From contig JBIKKQ010000001.1 in assembly GCA_044360305.1 (NCBI GenBank), positions 6,760-70,759 on the forward strand: a stretch of 64,000 nucleotides of DNA. Direction: 5' to 3'. Shown here piece after piece: positions 55,855 through 64,000 of the stretch (position 1 is the stretch's first letter; each line of letters opens with the position of its first letter). The notes beneath the pieces were generated by a model. That model saw only the letters and a program-made list of their open reading frames with translations, searched no databases and was not told the origin of the DNA. The position numbers and the translations under genes were made by a program. Source of the DNA: Pirellulales bacterium. GTDB taxonomy: Bacteria > Planctomycetota > Planctomycetia > Pirellulales > UBA1268.

Positions 55855-58800
55855 ATGGAGATTAAGTCGCTCAAGGTCCTCCGCGGCCCCAATCAATGGG
55901 CCAGTTTCCCCTGCCTCGAAGTCTGGCTCGATATCGGCCGGCTCGAGGAATGTCCCTCCGACACGCTTCCCGGCTTCAACGACCGGCTCATGGCCTGGCT
56001 GCCGAGCATGATCGAGCACCGCTGCTCGATCGGCGAGCGCGGCGGGTTCTTCGAGCGGCTCCGGCGCGGCACCTGGATGGGGCACATCCTCGAGCATGTC
56101 ACGCTGGAACTGCAGACGCTCGCCGGCACGCCGGTGGGCTTCGGCCGGGCCCGCGAGACCAACACCCCAGGCGTCTACAAGGTGGCGGTCGAGTACAAGG
56201 AGGAGGCGTTCGGCATCGAGTGCCTGCACACCGCCCGGCGGCTCCTGCTGGCGGCGATCGACGGCTCCGAATTCGACGTCCCGACCGAGATCAAGCGGCT
56301 CCGCAAACTGCTCCTCGACGAGCAGCTCGGGCCGAGCACGCGATCGATCGTCGAGGCCGCGGCGGCCCGTGGCATCCCCGCCACCAGGCTGACGGCCGGC
56401 TCGCTCGTCCGCCTCGGCCAGGGCGCGAAGCAGCGCCGCATCCTCGCCGCCGAGACCGACCGCACCGGCGCCATCGCCGAGACGATCGCCCAGGACAAGG
56501 ACCTGACCCGCGCGCTCCTCTCCCAGTCCGGCATCCCGGTGGCCGAAGGCCAGCCGGCCGACTCGCCGGAGGCCGCCTGGGCCGCGGCCGAGGAGATCGG
56601 CCTCCCGGTGGTGGTCAAGCCGCGGTACGGCAACCAGGGCAAGGGTGTGTCGGTGAACCTCAACACCCGGGCGGATGTCGAGCGGGCCTGGCACGTCGCC
56701 CATGCCGGCGAGCGGGCCGTGGTCGTGGAACGGTTCGTCGCCGGCGGCGACTACCGCGTGCTCGTCGTCGGCGGTCGATTGGTGGCCGCCGCCCGGCGGC
56801 ACCCGCCGATCGTGACGGGTGACGGCAGCGCCACCGTCCGCCAGCTCGTGGACGCCGTCAACGAGGACCCGCGCCGCTGCGGCGACCACGCGGGCGTGCT
56901 CAGTCCCGTGCTCCTCGACGAGGTGGCCCTTGGCGTGCTGGCCGAGCAGGGGCTGTCCGTGGACAGCGTGGTGGAGGCTGGGCGGACGGTCCTGCTCCGG
57001 CAGAGCGCGAATCTCAGCACCGGCGGCACCTCGGAGGACGTCACCGATCTCGTCCATCCCGAGGTGGCGGCCCGGGCGGTCGAGGCAGCTCGGGTCATCG
57101 GCCTCGACGTGGCGGGCATCGACCTCGTCACCGCCGACATCGGCCAGCCGCTCGAGCAGCGCGGCGTGGTCATCGAGGTCAACGCCTCACCCGGCCTGCG
57201 GATGCACCTCGAGCCGACCGTGGGCACGCCGCGGAACGTCGGGGCTGCGATCGTGGACATGCTCTTCGCGCCAGGGGACGACGGCCGGATTCCGACCGCG
57301 GCGGTCACCGGCACCAACGGCAAGACGACGGTTGTGCGGCTGATCGCCCACCTCAGCGGAATGGGGGGCGGCACGGTGGGGATGACCTGCACCGAGTGCG
57401 TCTCGATCGGCGGCCGGGCGATCGACACGGGGGACTGCAGTGGGCCGAAGAGCGCCCGGCGCGTGCTGGCCAACCCTGCGGTCACCGCGGCGGTCTTGGA
57501 AACGGCCCGCGGCGGCATCCTGCGCGAGGGCTGCGGCTTCGACAAGTGCGACGTCGCCGTCGTCACGAACATCGCCTCCGGCGATCACCTCGGCATCGGG
57601 GAGATCGACACGCCCGAGCAGATCGCTTGGGTGAAGGGGGCGATCGTGGCCGCGGTGCGACCGGGCGGGGCGGCGGTGCTCAACGCGGCCGATCCGCTCG
57701 TCGTCGCCATGAAGAAGTGGTGCAAGGGGCAGGTGGTGTATTTCGGCCTCGACCCCGCCAATCCGGTGATCGTCGAGCACCTGGCGCAGGGCGGCCTGGC
57801 GGCGACACTGCGGGATGGCTGGATCGTGCTCTGCGACGGCCCGCGCGAGACGCGGCTCGCGCACCTCGACCGGGTGCCGCTGGTGCATCGCGGCCTGGTG
57901 TCGTTCCAGGTGGAGAACGTGCTCGCCAGTGCCGCCGCAGCCTGGCGCATGGGCGTGCCGCTGGAACTCGTCCGCCTCGGCCTGGAGAGTTTCTCCCGCG
58001 GCGCGACCGGCTCACCCGGCCGCTTCAATCTCCTCGACCTCGAGGGGGCGTCGATCGTGGTCGACTACGGCCACAACGTGCCCTCGCTGGAGCAGATCTG
58101 CCTGGCGATGGAGAAGCTGCCCCATGCCCGCCGGATCGCCGTCTACTCCGCGGCCGGCGATCGCCGTGACGAGGACCTGATCACCCAGGGCCGGCTGCTC
58201 GGCCGGTCGTTCGAGCGCGTGGTGATCTACGAGGATGCCTACATCCGCGGCCGGCAGCCGGGGGAGATCACGCGGCTGATTTCCCAAGGTATCGCCGAGG
58301 GGATGGCCGCCGAGCGGCCGGTGACGGTCGAGGCCGGGGGCACGTGGGCCGAGGCCGCCGCCCTGGTGCTCGACGCGGCGACGGCCGGCGACCTCGTGCT
58401 CCTCCAGCCGGACACGGTGGAGCAGACGCTCCCCTGGCTGACGGAACGGTACGGGAGCCGCCTGCGCGAGCTGTCGTTCGACGAGCTCGCCGGCCCGGCG
58501 GCCCACGGCCTCGGCGAGCGGGCTCCGCAGCCGGGCGAGCCGGTCGAGGTGCGGGCCGGCAAACTCGGCCTCGGGGTCGCCGCCGTCCGCGACATCGCGG
58601 CGGGCGAGTCGATCATCAAGACCTGGGGTGAGCAGGCCGGGCAGCGGTCGCAGCACACGATCCAGGTGGACGTGGCGATGCACATCGTCCCGGACGGCGT
58701 GGCGGTCCTCGTCAATCATTCCTGCGAGCCGAACTGCGGGGTGGTGATCCGCTCCGGCGTCCGGCAGATCGAGATCCGCGCCCTGCGGCCGATCGCGGCC

Positions 58801-59007
58801 GGCGAGGAGATCACGGTGGATTACGACACCTTTGAGTACGAGGTCGCGCACCTCGGCGGCCCGTGCCGCTGCGGCGAGAAGACCTGCCGCGGCCGGATCG
58901 CCGGCTATCGCCATCTGGCCAGCGACGTGAAGGCCCGCTACGGGGAGTACATCGCCGAGTACCTGCGGATCATCGACGCCGACGCGTCGCTGCCCGTGGG
59001 AGTGTGA
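55855..59007 (+). CDS. cphA: Cyanophycin synthetase fused to a C-terminal SET-domain methyltransferase
   Basis: 1050 aa. N-terminus MEIKSLKVLRGPNQWASFPCLEVWLDIG...WMGHILEHVTLELQ. ATP-grasp LPVVVKPRYGNQGKGV...GGDYRVLVVGG...IEVNASPGLRMH. Mur-ligase-like VTGTNGKTT. The last 155 aa form a SET domain (next feature). Confidence 0.93.
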   Translation: MEIKSLKVLRGPNQWASFPCLEVWLDIGRLEECPSDTLPGFNDRLMAWLPSMIEHRCSIGERGGFFERLRRGTWMGHILEHVTLELQTLAGTPVGFGRARETNTPGVYKVAVEYKEEAFGIECLHTARRLLLAAIDGSEFDVPTEIKRLRKLLLDEQLGPSTRSIVEAAAARGIPATRLTAGSLVRLGQGAKQRRILAAETDRTGAIAETIAQDKDLTRALLSQSGIPVAEGQPADSPEAAWAAAEEIGLPVVVKPRYGNQGKGVSVNLNTRADVERAWHVAHAGERAVVVERFVAGGDYRVLVVGGRLVAAARRHPPIVTGDGSATVRQLVDAVNEDPRRCGDHAGVLSPVLLDEVALGVLAEQGLSVDSVVEAGRTVLLRQSANLSTGGTSEDVTDLVHPEVAARAVEAARVIGLDVAGIDLVTADIGQPLEQRGVVIEVNASPGLRMHLEPTVGTPRNVGAAIVDMLFAPGDDGRIPTAAVTGTNGKTTVVRLIAHLSGMGGGTVGMTCTECVSIGGRAIDTGDCSGPKSARRVLANPAVTAAVLETARGGILREGCGFDKCDVAVVTNIASGDHLGIGEIDTPEQIAWVKGAIVAAVRPGGAAVLNAADPLVVAMKKWCKGQVVYFGLDPANPVIVEHLAQGGLAATLRDGWIVLCDGPRETRLAHLDRVPLVHRGLVSFQVENVLASAAAAWRMGVPLELVRLGLESFSRGATGSPGRFNLLDLEGASIVVDYGHNVPSLEQICLAMEKLPHARRIAVYSAAGDRRDEDLITQGRLLGRSFERVVIYEDAYIRGRQPGEITRLISQGIAEGMAAERPVTVEAGGTWAEAAALVLDAATAGDLVLLQPDTVEQTLPWLTERYGSRLRELSFDELAGPAAHGLGERAPQPGEPVEVRAGKLGLGVAAVRDIAAGESIIKTWGEQAGQRSQHTIQVDVAMHIVPDGVAVLVNHSCEPNCGVVIRSGVRQIEIRALRPIAAGEEITVDYDTFEYEVAHLGGPCRCGEKTCRGRIAGYRHLASDVKARYGEYIAEYLRIIDADASLPVGV
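58540..59004 (+). other. SET domain (with post-SET Cys cluster) at the C-terminus of CphA
   Basis: VEVRAGKLGLGVAAVRDIAAGESII (GxG AdoMet-pocket motif), NHSCEPNC (58714-58737), EEITVDY (the ELxF/YDY motif with the catalytic Tyr) and post-SET CRCGEKTCRGRI. All read directly in the cphA frame with no stop or frameshift between the domains. Confidence 0.85.
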
Positions 59008-59299
59008 ATATCGCACCTGCGAGGCTGACGACAAATGCTCCGCCGGTCGGTGACATGCTCGTCGCCGGCGGACTTTGCCGTTGCGTCCTCCAGCGTGCTG
59101 GTGCGTCCTGCGGTGCAGTCAAAGTGCACCGGCTCCTGCGCGTGCCACCGACCGGCTCGGCACGAGCGGCAGAAGAGGAGCGTTCTCTTCGCCTCGCGGG
59201 ATGCGAGGCGCTGCCCGACCGGGCACGCCTTGCGCTGTGCCCGTGTCGGGCCAAGGCTGTGAAGGCCATGGAGGGCTTCACAGCCGCACCACATGCAAC

Positions 59300-60367
59300 T
59301 CACTTCAGGCCCGGCCGCCGGTCGAGCGCCCCCTTCACCCCGAGCTGCTCGGGATGGCGGGCGATCTTGTCGGTGAACACGCGGACGTCGTTGACGATCG
59401 GCCGGAGTTCCCGGGTCAGCCGGTTGACGTTGTCGGCCGCCTGGGCGAGGTCGTCGTAGACCTGCGGGTCACGGACCAGCTTGCCGAGCGTCCCCTGCGA
59501 CTCGTTGAGAGCCCGCGTGAACGCCACCGCCTGGCTGATCACCTCGTCGAGCCGGCCGATCGTCTTGTCGATCGAGGCCACCATCCCCTCCCCGCGCTCG
59601 CCCAGCGGCCGCGTCAGCCCCTCGAGGTTCCGCAGGTTGCGGTCCGCCGTGTCGATCGTGGTGCCGATCCCCTTCACGGTCGTCCGCAGGTCGGCGATCA
59701 CGTTCGGCAGGCCGTCGAGCGTCTCCTTGATCTTGGCCCGGGCCTGCGGGTCTCCCATGACGTCATTGATGTTCGTCATGGCGACGCTGAAGGCGTCGAG
59801 CGCCGCCTCGGTCTTGCGGACCAGCTTCTCGAACCGGTCGTCGTCGCCGAGCAGCATTTTGTCCACGTTGGCCGACAGCTTCGTCACCGCGGCGCTGGCC
59901 TCGGTGAGCGAGTCGAGCGCCCGCCCCATCTTCGGCTCCAGCGTGGCGAACACCTCGAACGGATCGCGGGAGGCGGCGCCGACCAGCACCTCGTCGGCCG
60001 CCACCGGCTGCCGTGGCGGCCGGGTGGTGCCGGGCACGAGCTGGATCTCCGCGTCCCCGAGCAGCGTGCTGGCGATCCGCGGCTGTTCGTCGCGGTAGAT
60101 GCTGATGTGGGAGTCGATGTCGGCGACGACATTGGCCCCCCCCGCCGCTTCGAGCGTCACGCTCGCTACGCGGCCGACGAGGATCCCGTTCTTCCGCACC
60201 GGCGTGCCGGTGGCGATGCCGCGGGCATCCTCGAAGGTCATCTTCAGCGGGTAGGTCGCCTGAACCAGCGACGGCAGGTCGCCGAACAGCACCACGAGGA
60301 TGCCGGCGATGATCGCGGTGGCCAGCACCATGACGCCCACCCGGAACTCCACGACGCGGTCGTTCAT
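59300..60367 (-). CDS. mlaD: MCE/MlaD-family protein
   Basis: MNDRVVEFRVGVMVLATAIIAGILVVLFG (TM anchor), then YPLKMTFEDARGIATGTPVRKNGILVGRVASV (MCE domain) and a long helical tail. ATGA overlap with the upstream ATPase gene. Confidence 0.8.
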   Translation of the reverse strand: MNDRVVEFRVGVMVLATAIIAGILVVLFGDLPSLVQATYPLKMTFEDARGIATGTPVRKNGILVGRVASVTLEAAGGANVVADIDSHISIYRDEQPRIASTLLGDAEIQLVPGTTRPPRQPVAADEVLVGAASRDPFEVFATLEPKMGRALDSLTEASAAVTKLSANVDKMLLGDDDRFEKLVRKTEAALDAFSVAMTNINDVMGDPQARAKIKETLDGLPNVIADLRTTVKGIGTTIDTADRNLRNLEGLTRPLGERGEGMVASIDKTIGRLDEVISQAVAFTRALNESQGTLGKLVRDPQVYDDLAQAADNVNRLTRELRPIVNDVRVFTDKIARHPEQLGVKGALDRRPGLK

Positions 60368-61248
60368 GCCTCCTCCTCCCCGGCCGCGGCGTTCGCCGCC
60401 GGCCCGATCCCCTGCTCCTGCTGCAATTCCGTGAGCCGGCTTCCCGCCCGCCCCTCGACGAACTGCCGGACCCGCGGATCCGCGCAGCGGTCGAGTTCGT
60501 CCGGCGTGCCGCTGAAGATGATCTGCGGTTCGTCGGGCCGGAGGCGAAACGCCGGGTAGAGCATGATGATCCGGTCGGCGACCTTGCGGGCCGTCTGCAT
60601 GTCGTGCGTCACCACGACGCTCGTCACCTGCGGCCGGTTCCGCACCCGGAGGATCAACTCGTTGATGACGTCGGTCATGATCGGATCGAGCCCGGTCGTG
60701 GGCTCGTCGTAGAGCACGACGGTTGGATCGAGGGCCAGCGCCCGGGCGAGGCCGGCCCGCTTGCGCATGCCCCCCGAGAGCTCGACCGGCTTCTTCCCCA
60801 GCACCGACCGCGGCAGGCCGACCTCGTCCACCAGCGCCGTCACGACGGCGCCGATCTCGGCGGCCGGGAGCCGGGTGTGCTCGCGCATCGGGAAGGCGAT
60901 GTTGTCGGCGATCGTGTGGCTGTCGAACAGGGCCGCCCCCTGGAACACGAACCCGTACTTCGTCCGCAGCAGGGCGAGCTGGCGGTCGTTCATCCGGCTG
61001 AGCGAATCCCCGGCGAACTGCACGTCCCCCGTGGTCGGCCGGACGAGGCCGATGAGCGTCTTCAGGAGCACGGTCTTGCCGCAGCCGCTCTCGCCGAGCA
61101 CCACCAGCGTCTCGCCCGTGGGAATCTCCAGGTCGATGTCGCGCAGCACCTGCTGGCTGCCGAACCGGACGCCGAGCCCGACGACCCGCAGCGCGGGGGG
61201 CGAACCGGCGGCGGCCGGGGGAGCGGTGGCTGGTGCGGCGACGGGCAT
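60364..61248 (-). CDS. mlaF: ABC transporter ATP-binding protein (MlaF-like)
   Basis: VLGESGCGKTVLLK (Walker A), LSGGMRKRAGLARAL (signature), VVLYDEPTTGLDP (Walker B). Start MPVAAPA at 61248. Confidence 0.85.
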   Translation of the reverse strand: MPVAAPATAPPAAAGSPPALRVVGLGVRFGSQQVLRDIDLEIPTGETLVVLGESGCGKTVLLKTLIGLVRPTTGDVQFAGDSLSRMNDRQLALLRTKYGFVFQGAALFDSHTIADNIAFPMREHTRLPAAEIGAVVTALVDEVGLPRSVLGKKPVELSGGMRKRAGLARALALDPTVVLYDEPTTGLDPIMTDVINELILRVRNRPQVTSVVVTHDMQTARKVADRIIMLYPAFRLRPDEPQIIFSGTPDELDRCADPRVRQFVEGRAGSRLTELQQEQGIGPAANAAAGEEEA

Positions 61249-61274
61249 GGCTGGGGTGCGACGGTGGCGGAGGC

Positions 61275-62141
61275 TCAGAGCAGTCGGCGGGGACCATCGG
61301 GCCGGAAGAAGTCGTGGACGTTGTTGAGCCCGATGCCCAGGAACAGGTCGAGCAGGAGGATGAGCACGAAGGAGTGGACGAAGGCGTTGGTCGCGGCCCG
61401 CCCCACACCCTCGGCGCCGTGGGCGCAGTGGAAGCCGTGGTGACAGCTCACCAGCGCGATCGCGGCGCCGAAGAACAGGCTCTTGAAGATCCCCATCAGG
61501 AAGTCGAAGGCATCGACGTACTCGCGGGAATTCTCCCAGTAGTGGTGGTAGTCGATCCCGAGGAGGACGTGCGAATACAGATAGCCGCCGAGCACGCCCA
61601 TGAAGTCGGCCATCACGGTGAGCGACGGGATGAGCACGAGGCAGCCGAGGAACCGGGGCACGACCAGGTAGTAGATCGGGTTGGCCCCCATGCTCTCCAG
61701 GGCGTCGATCTGCTCCGTGACCCGCATCGTGCCCAGTTCGGCCGCCATCGCGCTGCCGACGCGGCCGGCGAGCATCGTCGCGGCGAGCACCGGCCCCAGT
61801 TCCCGGACCAGCGACAGGTTGATCACCGACCCGAGCCGCGTCTCCAGGCCGAGTGCCTTGAACTGCGCGAAGCTCTGCACGGCGAGCACCATGCCGATGA
61901 ACAGGCCGGTCAGGGCCACGACCGGCAACGAGAGCACGCCGATGCCGTAGAACGCCGGCAGGAGGACGTCGCGGCGCTGCCGCCGGGCGAGGATCCAGCC
62001 CAGCGTCCGACAGGCGAACAGGACCACGTCGCCGACGCCCGCGATCCACCCCATGGTGAAGCCGCCGAGATTCGCCACCTGGCCGACGAGCCAGGAGACG
62101 AGCCCCGGGGGCGACACGACGGCGGCCGATGACGGCGACAT
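61275..62141 (-). CDS. mlaE: ABC transporter permease (MlaE-like)
   Basis: [56 protein letters not shown]. Start MSPSSAA at 62141. Confidence 0.85.
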   Translation of the reverse strand: MSPSSAAVVSPPGLVSWLVGQVANLGGFTMGWIAGVGDVVLFACRTLGWILARRQRRDVLLPAFYGIGVLSLPVVALTGLFIGMVLAVQSFAQFKALGLETRLGSVINLSLVRELGPVLAATMLAGRVGSAMAAELGTMRVTEQIDALESMGANPIYYLVVPRFLGCLVLIPSLTVMADFMGVLGGYLYSHVLLGIDYHHYWENSREYVDAFDFLMGIFKSLFFGAAIALVSCHHGFHCAHGAEGVGRAATNAFVHSFVLILLLDLFLGIGLNNVHDFFRPDGPRRLL

Positions 62142-62306
62142 GAATCCGGTCCTCTGACGCAGGCAGGGGGCACGACCCTGCGGGTTGTATCGTCCCTTCC
62201 GGTCGCGCGGCATGAGGGGACCGGGGTCGGCAAACGACGGGTCCGCGGATTGGGTACTCTGGGCGATCTGGCGGCGACGGACACCGCGGCACGGGAGGTG
62301 GCGGCG

Positions 62307-63254
62307 ATGGAGACGAAGCGTCGGAGAGCGGCCGCGGGGACCGCTCCGCGCGGCGAACTGCGGGTGGCGGCCGTGCAGATGCGGTTCGCCGGCACGATCG
62401 CCGGGAATCTGGCGACGATCGACCGGCTGGTCGGCGCGGCCGCGGCCGGCGGCGCCGACGCCGTGCTCCTGCCCGAGTGCGCCACCACCGGCTACTCGTA
62501 CGACTTCTCCAGTCTCACGCCGGCGGACGTCCGCGACGCGCTGGCGGCCGTGGCGGCCAGCGCCGCCCGTCACCGGGTCAACCTCCTCGTCGGCTCGCCG
62601 GTGTTCCGCGGTCGGCAGCTCTGCAACGGTCTCGTGGTCTTCGACCGCGCCGGCGTCGCCACCTCCTGCTACGCCAAGTGCCAGCTCACCGACCTCGACC
62701 GGCGCTGCTTCGCGCCGGGCGACGCGGTCGCCCTGTTCACGATCGACGGCGTGCCGGCGACGGCGATCATCTGCCACGAGCGCCGCTATCCGGAACTCCC
62801 CCGGCTGGCGGTCATGGCCGGGGCGCGGGTCATCTTCCACCCCAACGCCGGCCTCGACCCGCTGGCCGTCTCCCGGCGGAAGCGCGGCGGGCACGACGGC
62901 ATCGTGGCCCGGGCCTTCGAGAACGCGGCCTACTACGTGTTCGCCAACTCGGTGGGGCCGCAGGGGGGTGGCCTGTGGTCGGCGGGGGACTCGAAGATCG
63001 TCGCCCCTGACGAGCGGGTGCTGGCCCTGGCCGACAACGCCCACGAGGCGATCATCGCAGCCCGGCTGGATCTCGCCGCGGCGACCGGATCGTATGCGGC
63101 CCGCGGCCTCGTGGCCCCGCCGTTCCTCGCCCCGCACTGGAAGCGGATGATCGCGGCGGTGCGCAAACGGGCGGCGACGGCGTGGCGCGAGTTCGACCTG
63201 CCTGCGCCCCCCGCCGCCCCGCATCGGCGCGGCCCCCGGTCGCAGCGCGGCTGA
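62307..63254 (+). CDS. Carbon-nitrogen hydrolase (nitrilase superfamily) protein
   Basis: LRVAAVQMR...[12 protein letters not shown] (Glu), YAKCQL (Lys), [13 protein letters not shown] (Cys). Start METKRRR at 62307. Confidence 0.8.
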   Translation: METKRRRAAAGTAPRGELRVAAVQMRFAGTIAGNLATIDRLVGAAAAGGADAVLLPECATTGYSYDFSSLTPADVRDALAAVAASAARHRVNLLVGSPVFRGRQLCNGLVVFDRAGVATSCYAKCQLTDLDRRCFAPGDAVALFTIDGVPATAIICHERRYPELPRLAVMAGARVIFHPNAGLDPLAVSRRKRGGHDGIVARAFENAAYYVFANSVGPQGGGLWSAGDSKIVAPDERVLALADNAHEAIIAARLDLAAATGSYAARGLVAPPFLAPHWKRMIAAVRKRAATAWREFDLPAPPAAPHRRGPRSQRG

Positions 63255-63317
63255 ACCGCTCGCACGGGATCCGCGGGCGTCTCGGGGCCGCCGATGCCCC
63301 GTCGCCGGACGTCCGCA

Positions 63318-64000
63318 TCACTTGTCGGACTTTTCCAACAGGCCTTGCGCTCGCAGCATCGCCATGTTGCCCCGCCCCCCCTGGACGTGTTGCGACAGCA
63401 CCCGCCACTGCCGGGGGCTGACGGCGGCCTTGAGTCGCTGCTGATCGGCCTGCGCCAGCATCGCGAACACGATCATCTGCTGCATGTGCTGCTGCTCGAT
63501 TTCCGCCGGCACCGGATCCACCCGCAGCGCCGGAACCTTCTCCAGCAGCAGCCGCTCGATCGCGTCCGACTGGGCCTGATCGAGCCCCAGCCGGTCGTCG
63601 AGGTCGAGCATCACCGTGAGCACGAGCGACTTCCAGAGCAGGGTCCGCTGCCGGTCACGGCTGCCGGCCAGTTTGCCGGCCTGCGATTCGTCGAGGACGG
63701 TGCCGATCGCCTTGCGGAACAGCGAGTCCGACTCGAACAGGCCCTTCACCCGCTCGCGGGCGCGGGAGGCATCCTGCTGCAGGAGGTTGAACCGGCGCTG
63801 TCCGGCCGGGTCGTTGAGATCGACGACGACACCCTCGTACTTCGCCCGTTCCCGCTCGACAACGTCGGCCATCCGCCGGATGTCCGATTCCATCGCCAGC
63901 CGCAGGGCCCGGGTCTGTGACCGGCTCAGCCCGCAGGCCCGCGCGATCGAAGCCAGCCGCCTGTCGGCGACCCGACCGGCCGCGGCCAGCACGTCGCGAC
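63318..64000 (-). CDS. Hypothetical protein (N-terminus probably outside the window)
   Basis: The frame stays open from the stop at 63318 to the window edge, and the composition is protein-like (...LLWKSLVLTVMLDLDDRLGLDQAQSDAIERLLLEKV...). No family recognised. Confidence 0.5.
   Translation of the reverse strand, partial: RDVLAAAGRVADRRLASIARACGLSRSQTRALRLAMESDIRRMADVVERERAKYEGVVVDLNDPAGQRRFNLLQQDASRARERVKGLFESDSLFRKAIGTVLDESQAGKLAGSRDRQRTLLWKSLVLTVMLDLDDRLGLDQAQSDAIERLLLEKVPALRVDPVPAEIEQQHMQQMIVFAMLAQADQQRLKAAVSPRQWRVLSQHVQGGRGNMAMLRAQGLLEKSDK

Noticed and set aside
59035-59262. 75-aa Cys-containing ORF downstream of cphA-SET
   Set aside because: It coincides with the hairpin-rich spacer. 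Its composition (R/S/A/C) looks like translated palindromes, not a protein.
1-64000. Scan for CRISPR arrays, tRNA/rRNA genes and integrase or recombinase genes
   Set aside because: No regularly spaced direct repeats were seen, nor any T-arm-like GGTTCGA(A/T)T motif in the intergenic regions, rRNA-like sequence, or tyrosine/serine recombinase signature. The only mobility gene seen is the ISL3 transposase. This was a by-eye scan, so small RNAs could have been missed.

Overview
High-GC (roughly 70%) chromosomal segment with Planctomycetota hallmarks: a DUF1559/prepilin-leader protein, YTV repeats, an ...EPLESRAMLAG export leader and an FGE-sulfatase domain. The backbone holds an ECF sigma factor, icd, an M20 peptidase, a GT2/RgpF-like surface-polysaccharide pair and a complete 14-gene nuoA-N operon (9983-25448) ending in a translationally coupled Mrp/ApbC-like ATPase. 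It continues with an SMR pump, SGNH-like hydrolase, M50 protease, lpxB, panD, fucD, thiE, clpC, an ABC exporter with a DUF1854 partner, a mlaE/F/D-like operon and a nitrilase-family gene. Two things stand out. (1) A ~9.9 kb lower-GC island (about 26540-36423) is bracketed by two diverged copies of the last ~170 nt of the mrp gene. It carries an ISL3 element and one minus-strand operon: a ~1650-codon exported alpha/beta-hydrolase gene split by an in-frame TGA, an overlapping secreted small protein, a 102-aa protein and two paralogous membrane-anchored LRR-like proteins. (2) The cyanophycin synthetase gene (55855-59007) is fused in frame to an apparently intact C-terminal SET methyltransferase domain. 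It lies across a ~1 kb ORF-poor gap from the divergent ABC/DUF1854 pair. No rRNA, tRNA or CRISPR array was seen. Many long ORFs in the track are high-GC antisense artefacts.
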